A DNA stretch of 64,000 bases from Bacilli bacterium (GTDB lineage Bacteria; Bacillota_I; Bacilli_A; ML615J-28; CAG-313): the NCBI GenBank assembly GCA_045589955.1, contig JAZNQD010000009.1, positions 118,814-182,813 of the forward strand, written 5' to 3'. Within the stretch, counting starts at the first letter, position 1; each line of letters begins with the position of its first letter. Below are positions 9,713 through 18,691 of this stretch, one piece after another. The translations under genes were made by a program, and so were the position numbers. The notes under the pieces are model-generated. The model worked only from the letters and a program-made list of their open reading frames with translations, was not told where the DNA came from and searched no databases.

Positions 9713-10759
9713 TCAGTCACCTTCTACAACTTGTTGTATAAAATCATCAGTTAAACTACTAGTCAAAGCTTTATCGATAATTTTTAAGCACTTAGGCAAC
9801 AAAGAATCATTATTTATAAACCAATGACTACGTAAAGAAATAAAACCTTCCCCATCAGTATCTGTTGTAATCAATAAATTTATTTTATTACACAATGCAA
9901 CACTATTTTCAGAAATATTAAACTCTTTTAAACGTAAATAAAATATATAAGGTGCAACTAATTCTCGTGATATTTTATCTAAGTTTTTTATATATTTACT
10001 GTAATATTGAATGCACAATGCTCTAAACAAATTAAATTTATTTGCACGTGATATCACAATTTCTAACCGTTTTAAATACAATTCACCCCAATTATAAGCG
10101 TTTATCCCTAGAAATTGTTGCTTACTAATTAGAATTCCCATATCAAAACCCATACAAACAGCATGAGCAGTACCTATTACGTAATCAAATAAAGTATAAT
10201 CACGTGGAATTAAAAACATACCTTGTACATCATCAAGTATTAGAATATGTTGTACATCATTTTTAATAAAAAGATTTTTCAACTCTACAAAAAACTCTTG
10301 AGGTGTTATTTCACCGGTAGCATTTTGAGTCCCAATTATATAAACAAATACTTTTTTATATTGTTTAATGCTCTGCTGTATTTTATGAAAATTAAATGCT
10401 CGAATATCATTGTATTGATTTATTTCCAAAACATTTTTATACTCATTTATAATATTTTTAACACTTGGATGTTCAGCATTGCTAGTAATAATTAAAGTAT
10501 CTTCATCGACATATTTTGCAAATAATTTCTTTATAAACGTAGTAGCAGATACCTCGAAAGTCAAAAAACTATTATTGATCGTACAATTTGAAGCAAGCAT
10601 CTTGTCAAAAAATCTCATAGATACACTTTTAAAAGCTTCGGTATTAAATTTTGGCTCGATATAACTTTTTTCAGACAAGTCATGTGATAAATTTGTCTTA
10701 ACGATTTCTTTATCAACATCACTTAAAGGTAAATATGTATTCCACCAGTTTAAAAGCAT
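9713..10759 (-). CDS. PLP-fold-like paralog B
   Basis: Paralog of 8689..9711 (IIGTQNATGEITP ... ILDDVQGMF ... DYVIGTAHA). Track start at 10762 is TTG; ATG at 10759 overlaps the upstream stop (TGATG). Confidence 0.35.
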   Translation of the reverse strand: MLLNWWNTYLPLSDVDKEIVKTNLSHDLSEKSYIEPKFNTEAFKSVSMRFFDKMLASNCTINNSFLTFEVSATTFIKKLFAKYVDEDTLIITSNAEHPSVKNIINEYKNVLEINQYNDIRAFNFHKIQQSIKQYKKVFVYIIGTQNATGEITPQEFFVELKNLFIKNDVQHILILDDVQGMFLIPRDYTLFDYVIGTAHAVCMGFDMGILISKQQFLGINAYNWGELYLKRLEIVISRANKFNLFRALCIQYYSKYIKNLDKISRELVAPYIFYLRLKEFNISENSVALCNKINLLITTDTDGEGFISLRSHWFINNDSLLPKCLKIIDKALTSSLTDDFIQQVVEGD

Positions 10760-11706
10760 CAAATCTCTAAGTCCCGTATCATTTGTTTATCGCATATCGC
10801 ACATTTATTACTATCAATATATGCACTATAAACAGATAAATGCCCACAATCCATGATATAATCTATTCTCGGATTATATGTTTCTGTACCATTTTCTTTA
10901 TTTCTATTTACTACTGCATCATGTTCTTCATACTCACAAATTAATGTATCTGCACGATATTGAATATTGAACAATTTGTCATAAAAAGCTAAACCTTCTT
11001 CTCGCTTTACTTTCTTTAAAAAACGTAAGAAGGCATCACGTTTCGGAAAAAAGTTACCGAGTACTTGATTTGTATGCTCTTTTGAAATATACATACCTTC
11101 TGGACCAGCACACAATTTAACAAACATCGAAGTATTATATGTTGACATTAAATTTTTAAATGAAAATTCATCTGCCAGATATTTGTCTATTAAATCGCCG
11201 GTTATAATTGTAGTTGTATTAAACTTTATTTTGGGATAGAGTTTTCCTATATTCAACATATGATATGACCAATTATCTTCCATTTTTTTAGTATGAAAGC
11301 GTCCCATTGTATCATATGAGGTTAATAACCAAAAATTATCCTGATAATCTTTGAAAATATCTAAAGTGGTATATAAATCAGTTTGTTCGCCTATTGTAAG
11401 TGTTGCATATAGCCAAGTTGTTTTTATGTAACCAGCTTTCATCAAATCGGCGGTCGTTTGCATTAATTCAAAAAATTTATTCTTTACAGCCTCTGTATTT
11501 AACTGTCCTTGAAAAAATTCACCGCCAATAAAAGCAATAGTATCATACTCCTTATAAATATCTAAATTTTTTATTGTAGATAAGGCTTTTTCTAAATTAT
11601 ACAGCTTTGTTTCTTCCGAAGTAAATCTATTTGTATTACCTAAGTAACAAAAAGTACATTTAGAGTTACATTCTTTCCATAATTCAAATTGTAATTGCTT
11701 TCCCAT
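10759..11706 (-). CDS. radical SAM protein, family 1
   Basis: ELWKECNSKCTFC, FIGGEFFQGQLNTEAV, C-terminal DCGHLSVYSAYIDSNKCAICD. Confidence 0.75.
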   Translation of the reverse strand: MGKQLQFELWKECNSKCTFCYLGNTNRFTSEETKLYNLEKALSTIKNLDIYKEYDTIAFIGGEFFQGQLNTEAVKNKFFELMQTTADLMKAGYIKTTWLYATLTIGEQTDLYTTLDIFKDYQDNFWLLTSYDTMGRFHTKKMEDNWSYHMLNIGKLYPKIKFNTTTIITGDLIDKYLADEFSFKNLMSTYNTSMFVKLCAGPEGMYISKEHTNQVLGNFFPKRDAFLRFLKKVKREEGLAFYDKLFNIQYRADTLICEYEEHDAVVNRNKENGTETYNPRIDYIMDCGHLSVYSAYIDSNKCAICDKQMIRDLEI

Positions 11707-11708
11707 AT

Positions 11709-12626
11709 TTAATTTCCATATAATTTAAAAAACATTTGTGCAACATCATACATCTTGTTATTAGAATCTATGAAGCCTATATCATATTTTTTAGTTTTAT
11801 CACTTAATTCACATCTACCGTCGCCGCTTCGTCTATCTTCTGCTACTCTAACTTTACCATTTTCTATAAAAAACAATGTGTTAGACCTCAATTCCATAGA
11901 CAAAAAAGAATCTCTATTAATCAAATCTTTATGAATAGCTTTCTTTAAAAATTTCAAAAAAGTTTCTTTTTTAGGAAAAAACCCCGGCAAATCCTTTTCA
12001 CAAGCATATTTATCTACATAATATAAGCCAGAAGAAGGCTCTATGTAATCAACTGAAGTATTAAACACTTCTTTAAAGGCTTTTAAATCAAATTCATCAT
12101 TTAATACAGCATTTAAAAACCATTCTGTTAAAATAATTTCAGTATGAAGACGTAACTCTGGATAGTTATCTTTTAAAAATAACATATTACGCTTCCACAA
12201 TTCTTTATGTTCTTGAGTTTTAAATCTATACTTGACATCAAAAGAGGTACATAATACAATTTTATCTAATAATTGTATTTTACGTAAATAATCCAAAAAT
12301 GGTATTAAATCAATATTAATATCGTAGATTAATGCCGCGGTTATGTATATCTTTGAAAAATTAAGTTTAGATACATCATAAAATAAATTATAAAAAACAG
12401 GCTTTATAAGTGGATCTAATTCGCCATTGAAAAATTCACCACCAATAAAGCCTATCTCATCGTGTTTTATGATTTGTAACTCTTTTAATTTAGCCGTAAT
12501 AAACTGTAAAGATTGTAACTTATCAATTTTAGGTTGACCTTTATTACAACAAAATTTACAACCTATCTTACAATCTTTCCATAATTCAAATTGAACAAAT
12601 GTATTTTCATTTTTAAAATTAGTCAT
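11709..12626 (-). CDS. radical SAM protein, family 1b (no C-terminal Cys cluster)
   Basis: ELWKDCKIGCKFC, FIGGEFFNGEL. The C-terminus lacks the CGH..C..CD motif. Close paralog of 12619..13542. The printed sequence differs from the track by 1 nt near the start. Confidence 0.7.
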   Translation of the reverse strand: MTNFKNENTFVQFELWKDCKIGCKFCCNKGQPKIDKLQSLQFITAKLKELQIIKHDEIGFIGGEFFNGELDPLIKPVFYNLFYDVSKLNFSKIYITAALIYDINIDLIPFLDYLRKIQLLDKIVLCTSFDVKYRFKTQEHKELWKRNMLFLKDNYPELRLHTEIILTEWFLNAVLNDEFDLKAFKEVFNTSVDYIEPSSGLYYVDKYACEKDLPGFFPKKETFLKFLKKAIHKDLINRDSFLSMELRSNTLFFIENGKVRVAEDRRSGDGRCELSDKTKKYDIGFIDSNNKMYDVAQMFFKLYGN

Positions 12627-13542
12627 TTACAAGCTTACACAATTCAGTTGCTATATCTTCCATAGAATCTTCGGAATCAATAAAACCTAATTCATATTTT
12701 TTAGATGTATCCCTACATTTTACTCTAAAACCTGGTTCACGTCTATCTTCATAACAAACGAAATCCCCACAATCTAAGTGATATATTCTACTTGCTCTGA
12801 TTTGATACGAAATTAAGCAGCTTAAGTCTATTTCTTTGTTTTTTAAACCAGCTTTCTTTAAAAATTCAATAAAACTTTTCTTTCTTGGAAAAAATCCAGG
12901 ACAAGCTTTTTCACAGTCCGCTTTTGTATTATAGTACATACCAGAAGAAGGTTCGATATAATCTACACGTGTTCTATATTTTTCACAAAACTCTTTAATA
13001 CTAAACGTATCATTTAATACTGCATCAATAAAATGTTGCGTCATAATAGTTTCAACATGTGTCTTTAAATCAGGATAATCTTTTAATAAAGCAAGCATAT
13101 TACTTTCCCATAACTCTTGCTTACCAGGTATATTAAAACGATATTTTAAATCATAAGAAGTACACAATAAAACCTTATCCATTATATTAATTTTACGCAA
13201 ATAATCTAAAAATGGCAATAAATACGGTTTCATATCATAAATTAAAGATGTAGCAACATAAATTTTATTAAAATGCATTCCTGCTAATTTATCTATTAAC
13301 TTATAAAATAATGCTCTAACTTCTTCATTTTCGATTTGATTATCAAATATTTCTCCACCGATAATACCTACTTCTTCATAATCAAATACTTCTGGATCAT
13401 CTAATTTATTTAACGTAAACTCTAATGCCCATTTTTTATCAACGGACATTTGACAACGCTCTGAACAAAATTTACAGCCATTTCTACAATCTTGCCATAG
13501 CTGATATTGAATAAACTTATTAGGTGCAATATATCTTTCCAT
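12619..13542 (-). CDS. radical SAM protein, family 1b
   Basis: QLWQDCRNGCKFC, IIGGEIFDNQ, YIEPSSGMYY region shared with the 11709 ORF. TAATG start/stop overlap. Confidence 0.7.
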   Translation of the reverse strand: MERYIAPNKFIQYQLWQDCRNGCKFCSERCQMSVDKKWALEFTLNKLDDPEVFDYEEVGIIGGEIFDNQIENEEVRALFYKLIDKLAGMHFNKIYVATSLIYDMKPYLLPFLDYLRKINIMDKVLLCTSYDLKYRFNIPGKQELWESNMLALLKDYPDLKTHVETIMTQHFIDAVLNDTFSIKEFCEKYRTRVDYIEPSSGMYYNTKADCEKACPGFFPRKKSFIEFLKKAGLKNKEIDLSCLISYQIRASRIYHLDCGDFVCYEDRREPGFRVKCRDTSKKYELGFIDSEDSMEDIATELCKLVND

Positions 13543-14408
13543 TACGCATACTCACTAAATACATCTAATAAATCACAACAGAAGCAGGTATTTTTTTCTG
13601 AATATCTTTTAAAGTTAACAGAATGCCCACAATCAGACATTGCGCAACTACAAAACTGAAATTCGTTATCTTTATACATATAAAGCCATTTTTCTTGTGT
13701 TATGGTCATGTTTGGCACATATTTAGCTAGATAGCCAGGTAAATCTAAATCTACGCGTTTAAGGGCTTTAAAAATGGCATTACGAGGAGCAGTTAATTCA
13801 GAATCTAAAACTATATAAGGTATTAAATTAATCCAACATTTATATTCAGCTGTAAATTCACTTAATTTAAAATTGCCATCTAAAATTTCTTGACAAACCT
13901 TTTTTGTAAGAATTGTATTTGTAACTATATTACATTTAGGATATACTCGATTAATCCATTTTAAATTAGATAGCATCAATTGTCTATCATCTTCAGTTCT
14001 GAATCTTCCTTCTAAATCATATGATGTAGTAAATTTAAGTCTATCAAATAAATTACATTTGGATATCATATTAAGCATGGAATTTAAACCGGTTAAATCT
14101 TTATAGATTAAGTTAGTATTTATATATAACAAATCTATAATACCAACTTCCATCAATCCAACGATTTGATTAAAAAATTCTTCTAAAGCATTGAAATCAC
14201 TAGGTTTATCAAATATCTCACCACCACAAATGAGTATATGACTACCTTTTATGAATTTATCACTATCTATAAATGATAAAACTTCATTTAAAATAAATTT
14301 TCTTTTTTCTTGATTGTATAAACGGGGTTTTTCGCGTTGGAAACAAAACTTACAATTATTATTACAGTTATCCCAAACGAGAAATTCATAAATCTTTTTA
14401 TATTTCAC
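13542..14408 (-). CDS. radical SAM protein, family 1
   Basis: LVWDNCNNNCKFC, ICGGEIFDKP, C-terminal CAMSDCGHSVNF...CFCCD. Start is GTG at 14408, preceded by GGGGGG. Confidence 0.7.
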   Translation of the reverse strand: MKYKKIYEFLVWDNCNNNCKFCFQREKPRLYNQEKRKFILNEVLSFIDSDKFIKGSHILICGGEIFDKPSDFNALEEFFNQIVGLMEVGIIDLLYINTNLIYKDLTGLNSMLNMISKCNLFDRLKFTTSYDLEGRFRTEDDRQLMLSNLKWINRVYPKCNIVTNTILTKKVCQEILDGNFKLSEFTAEYKCWINLIPYIVLDSELTAPRNAIFKALKRVDLDLPGYLAKYVPNMTITQEKWLYMYKDNEFQFCSCAMSDCGHSVNFKRYSEKNTCFCCDLLDVFSEYA

Positions 14409-14428
14409 ATTCCCCCCTTATTTTTATT

Positions 14429-15001
14429 TTAATCCGCGGATAATGTAACCGAATATCTACAAGGTTGAATTCTAAACGTATGTTTTATTACATTCATCAA
14501 ACTATTTATAATATCATTTACATCTTGAGCAGTATCTAAACGAAAATATAAATCTATATCGGCATCTAATATCTTAATAGAAGGATAAGTTGTATTGCCA
14601 GTGTAATAAACTAAATATTTATTAGTGTTAAATTGACTAACTGTAAAACAGAATTTGGTACTACAAAAAGAAACCATGTCGTTTATAAAATTAATAAATT
14701 CGCGTGGTGGAATATTCGTATTTAGTTTTGTATCCACTTTTATCGTTTTTAAGAAATTAGTCATATCAGTATCAATAGTGGCACCGGTAACTTTAGCAAT
14801 AGATTTTGTAATAGTGTGTGTACAATATCCGTTTACACCAGCTTTTTTACCGTTATTAGAAATAATCACTTTATTACTATATCCAGATTTAAATTCTGCT
14901 GGTAAAGAATTATATTTATTATCTACGTTTTGACAATTGGTTTTAGCGTAGTTTTTTACCAGATTAACTATTGTATTGTATGTAATATTTCCTATTGGCA
15001 T
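14429..15001 (-). CDS. family-B paralog (untailed) of the Ser-tailed proteins
   Basis: Starts MPIGNITYNTIVNLVKNYAKTNCQNVD...LPAEFKSGYS; paralogous to the 16988 ORF and to the N-terminal cores of the 15002 and 17529 ORFs. Its ATG directly abuts the stop of 15002..15691 (TAAATG). Confidence 0.6.
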   Translation of the reverse strand: MPIGNITYNTIVNLVKNYAKTNCQNVDNKYNSLPAEFKSGYSNKVIISNNGKKAGVNGYCTHTITKSIAKVTGATIDTDMTNFLKTIKVDTKLNTNIPPREFINFINDMVSFCSTKFCFTVSQFNTNKYLVYYTGNTTYPSIKILDADIDLYFRLDTAQDVNDIINSLMNVIKHTFRIQPCRYSVTLSAD

Positions 15002-15691
15002 TTAAATATCCATATAAGCAATAAATGTAGATGAACTAGAAGAACAGCTTGAGCTTGATGAAGATGAAGATGAGGAACTAGAAGAACTCGAACTTGAACT
15101 AGAATAAGTTAAAAGAGTATTTGCATAGTGAATGTTCGATGTGTTGTTAACAGCGGCAAGTAACTCATTTACACTAGTTTGTATTTCTGTTGCACTAAAA
15201 TCTATATCATCATGACGTAAAGACACTGTTGAAAAATTACTAGCGTCATCATCGTAAAAGATAAATGTTCCTGCCCCAAAACTATTTGTAACAGCAATCA
15301 ACTTAACAGCCAAAAAAGATGCAAAGTTATTATAAAAATTCATAATACCTTTGAAAGACACAATTTCAGTCGGTTTAGTTGCAATTCCACGTAATTTCAA
15401 AAAGGAATTAAGTTGATTTTTTACAGTAGATGTAGAAACAACTTGCAACTTTGGATCATTAACTTGAGAATGTTGAATTAATGTCTTGGTTGTACGGGTA
15501 AAGTTACTATTTCTACCACCTATGACAAAAGCCACGGCCGTTGTTTTATTATTCCAACTATATCCGTGTTGTAATTGTTTTGGTACATCACTTCTAAACT
15601 TATCAATATTACAGCATTTACTCAAAATATATGATTGAGCACTATCTAATAAATCTTGATAAGTAATTGTATTATTGCTCTTTATCGCCAT
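15002..15691 (-). CDS. family-A protein with C-terminal poly-Ser/Cys tail (putative modification substrate)
   Basis: 229 aa ending ...[37 protein letters not shown] GAGGG upstream. N-terminal core shares the ITY...C.N.D...GYS pattern with the family. Confidence 0.7.
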   Translation of the reverse strand: [229 protein letters not shown]

Positions 15692-16400
15692 TAAAAAGTC
15701 CCTCTAAAAAGCCATCTAATAAAGTTACAGAGACAATACTCTTGCTTTGTAAAGCAATGATACATTCAATAGCATTATCTAAGTAAACACATTCTTCTGT
15801 AGAAAACTTTTCGGATACAGAAAAAATACCAGAAAGAGTTAACAAATCAGTTGACATGAAAATTGTACGATAAATCTTAGGTAATGGAATATGCGTATCT
15901 AACGGTGTATAAGTTGTTTTATTATAAGATTTAAACAACGAAATGAAATAAATACTTAACTGACGAATAAATTTGTTTAAACTAGATTGTAATTCAAGTT
16001 TTAAATCTAACAAATCTTCAATAGATGATACATAAATATTTTCATCATCAAAAAAGTCATCTTCTAAAGTATTATACAATTTAATCAAGTTAATAATATT
16101 CAAAATCATCAATGGATCACACAAATCTTCACGATTCATTGACATTTCGAAAATTCTAACCAAAGTTTCAAGTTCAACACCTTTAAGGAATAATTTAACA
16201 TTATTTCTTGCAAGTTCCGTTAACTCTGTTTCTAAACAATAAAGCTTTTCTAAAAATGGTATAATATCCATAACTTCAACGTATTTATCTACTCTAATTT
16301 CAATAAATTCATTTTCAGCAAAAGAAATTCCTTTAGTTCCTTCAACTAAAGTTTTAATATCATCACGAATTGCTTCATAGTTACGTAAATTTTCAGTCAT
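15672..16400 (-). CDS. hypothetical protein
   Basis: 242 aa. Strong SD AAGGAG. Confidence 0.5.
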   Translation of the reverse strand: MTENLRNYEAIRDDIKTLVEGTKGISFAENEFIEIRVDKYVEVMDIIPFLEKLYCLETELTELARNNVKLFLKGVELETLVRIFEMSMNREDLCDPLMILNIINLIKLYNTLEDDFFDDENIYVSSIEDLLDLKLELQSSLNKFIRQLSIYFISLFKSYNKTTYTPLDTHIPLPKIYRTIFMSTDLLTLSGIFSVSEKFSTEECVYLDNAIECIIALQSKSIVSVTLLDGFLEGLFNGDKEQ

Positions 16401-16447
16401 AAAAGCTCCTTTTTATAAATATCTAATGCTTATGTATTTAGAACTAA

Positions 16448-16975
16448 TTAAGCCTTAGGAAAACCAGCCAAGTATTCATCATAAATTTCTGAAATATCAA
16501 ACTTATTATCAGATACCGTCAATCTAGTGTTTATAAAATCATAATGGTAAATATATACAGAATCACGATATTTTAAAGCAGATTTTGCATCGTCTTTCCA
16601 CTTTTTAACAGAAGAATTATACCAAGATATCATAGTATAAATATTATCATAACCATATTTATTACTAAATTTTAATAAAGCATCTTCAATATAATTTTCA
16701 GCTTGTATAATAAAGTTATGATATACGATTTCTTTATCTAGCTTATTTTGTTGAGCTTCTATTTCATTAATAACTGAGTTTTTTAATACAATTTTACCTT
16801 TAAATTCAACAAAATCTTCATTAGTAGCGTATATATCTTTACCGTACCATTCTAAATTATCTTTATCTGCAACGTATTTTTCTGCTAATTTTAAAGAAGG
16901 TACCCACTGAATATTTCCAGTCGAATCAATAATATAAAATTTGTCAGCGTTTTTATAATCCCCAAGAATAGACAT
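16448..16975 (-). CDS. hypothetical protein
   Basis: 175 aa. SD AAAGGAG. Confidence 0.5.
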   Translation of the reverse strand: MSILGDYKNADKFYIIDSTGNIQWVPSLKLAEKYVADKDNLEWYGKDIYATNEDFVEFKGKIVLKNSVINEIEAQQNKLDKEIVYHNFIIQAENYIEDALLKFSNKYGYDNIYTMISWYNSSVKKWKDDAKSALKYRDSVYIYHYDFINTRLTVSDNKFDISEIYDEYLAGFPKA

Positions 16976-16987
16976 ATTTTCTCCTTT

Positions 16988-17527
16988 TTATGCCAATGTT
17001 ACGCTATATGTACAAACATACGGTCTAATATTTTGTCTTACCACACTTGTTATAAAATTAATTAAAGTTGTAATATCTGCATCATCAATAAGTCGATAAG
17101 TGGTAGTCGTAGTAATATTCTTTAGTGATGAATAAGTAGTATTTCCTGTTAGATATACCATGTAATTTGTAGTTGAATATTGACTAGCTGCTACTCCAAT
17201 TTTAGTACTACAGAATGAAATGATATCCTCAACGAAATTTAAAAATTCGTTTGCTACAATATTAGTATTTAGTTTATCATTTACCTTTATTGTCGTTAAA
17301 AAATTCGTCATATCTGTAGCAACTGTTGTACTAGCTACTTGAGATACGCCTTTTGAAATTGTAACTGTAGACTTAGCGTTTGTAGTGATTGTTGTTACTA
17401 CACTATATCCTGTTTTAAAACAAGCCGGTAAGTTAGCAATGGTTGTATCAAAATTCATACAATTTGCCAAGATCCAACTTTTAACGTGCTCAACTACAGT
17501 ATTATAAGTTATTGCACTAAGAGCCAT
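16988..17527 (-). CDS. family-B paralog (untailed)
   Basis: Starts MALSAITYNTVVEHVKSWILANCMNFD...LPACFKTGYS; paralog of 14429..15001. Follows the 17529 ORF with a one-base gap. Confidence 0.6.
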   Translation of the reverse strand: MALSAITYNTVVEHVKSWILANCMNFDTTIANLPACFKTGYSVVTTITTNAKSTVTISKGVSQVASTTVATDMTNFLTTIKVNDKLNTNIVANEFLNFVEDIISFCSTKIGVAASQYSTTNYMVYLTGNTTYSSLKNITTTTTYRLIDDADITTLINFITSVVRQNIRPYVCTYSVTLA

Positions 17528-17528
17528 T

Positions 17529-18209
17529 TTAGATATCCATATAAGCTATAAACGTAGAAGAACTAGAAGAACAACTTGAACTACTCGAGCTTGATGAAGA
17601 CGAAGAGCTAGAAGAAGAGCAACTTGAACTATAAGATAGCATTACGTTTACTAAGCGATGTTGAATTGGTTTATTGATACAGTTTAACAAATCAGTAAAT
17701 GATACCTTTATTTGATCAGCCGTAAAGTTTGCATCTGCTGGAGTTAAATTACTTAAAGTTGGAAAATTAGTTGCTTCACTATTATAGAAAACGTATTTAT
17801 TATTTGAATAAGCACTTGTTAAAAAAACTACTTTGGTTGCAATAAATGCCGAAACAACATTACAAAAAATCATTAAATTTTTAAATGAAATCAATTCGCC
17901 AGTATTATCTGCAATTCCATTTGAAGTAAGAAAAGAATTAAATTGAGAATTAACTGTAGAAGATGGTACTGCTTTTAAAATTGTATCGTTTACCGTAGCA
18001 GTAGCTGTTAATGTAAATGTACCTGTTGTACTATTACCCGTTACATATGATACTTCCTTACTAGCCACTTGCCAAGAACTATTATTTACAAAAGCACTAG
18101 GTAAACCAGATGGAAGTGCATCAATATTTTGACAAACCTTTTTAATCTGAGTTAATACAGCATCAACAGCGTCTTTATATTTAATCGTTTGTCCTGTTGC
18201 GAGAGACAT
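17529..18209 (-). CDS. family-A protein with C-terminal poly-Ser/Cys tail (putative modification substrate)
   Basis: 226 aa ending ...[37 protein letters not shown]. The last 14 residues are identical to those of 15002..15691. First gene of the minus-strand operon. Confidence 0.7.
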   Translation of the reverse strand: [226 protein letters not shown]

Positions 18210-18245
18210 ATTTAAAACCCTTATAATGTTTATTATTTATAATTA

Positions 18246-18268
18246 TAGAACTAGAAAGTTAAGTTCTA
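18246..18268. promoter_or_regulatory. divergent pair of AGTTCTA motifs (tagaact ... agttcta) in the 65-nt region between the two radical-SAM operons
   Basis: Inverted copies of the recurrent 7-mer, one facing each operon. Confidence 0.35.
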
Positions 18269-18274
18269 AAAACC

Positions 18275-18691
18275 ATGAATGAAAATCTAAAAAATAGAAG
18301 AAAATTAGCATATTACATAAACAAATGGGACGACATAAATCTACCATATCATGAAGATTACAAAAATATACCCGAACAAGTGATTTCTTTTTTCAAAACT
18401 GAATCTAACTTGGTATATCCGGCAAAGACAATCTTCGTAGCTATAATTTATGCTAAATGCTTGGAACAATACTTTGATGTGCCTTTTTATGAAAGTTTAG
18501 ATGATATCGAATTGTTATTTGATGACAAATATTTTAACAAGTATACATATTCTCAATTCAAAAATGAATATGATTATATACTAAGTACTCTAACAGATAT
18601 TTTAAACTATCCGGCAGCACAAAAAACGATAGACTATTTTAAAAAAGAGTTTCTCTATGGAATTGATTATAAAACCAACCGGTCGTTGTAA
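18275..18691 (+). CDS. hypothetical protein
   Basis: 138 aa. First gene of the plus-strand operon. Overlaps the next gene by 35 nt. Confidence 0.45.
   Translation: MNENLKNRRKLAYYINKWDDINLPYHEDYKNIPEQVISFFKTESNLVYPAKTIFVAIIYAKCLEQYFDVPFYESLDDIELLFDDKYFNKYTYSQFKNEYDYILSTLTDILNYPAAQKTIDYFKKEFLYGIDYKTNRSL

Noticed and set aside
12598-12627. Apparent single-base discrepancy between printed sequence and the ORF track near the start of 11709..12626 (and at about 19601)
   Set aside because: Most likely my transcription or counting limit. Treated as a coordinate uncertainty of up to 1 nt rather than a frameshift or pseudogene.
15031-15105. Low-complexity (GAA/GAT/AGA)n-like DNA that resembles a microsatellite
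   Set aside because: It is the in-frame coding sequence for the poly-Ser tail. Codon usage varies (TCT/TCA/AGT/AGC mixed) and the same tract is conserved in the paralog at 17556..17635.
18246-18268. 7-bp inverted repeat TAGAACT...AGTTCTA that looked like an operator or hairpin
   Set aside because: Better explained as two divergently oriented copies of the AGTTCTA motif that recurs upstream of other operons. The stem is too weak and AT-rich for a terminator.
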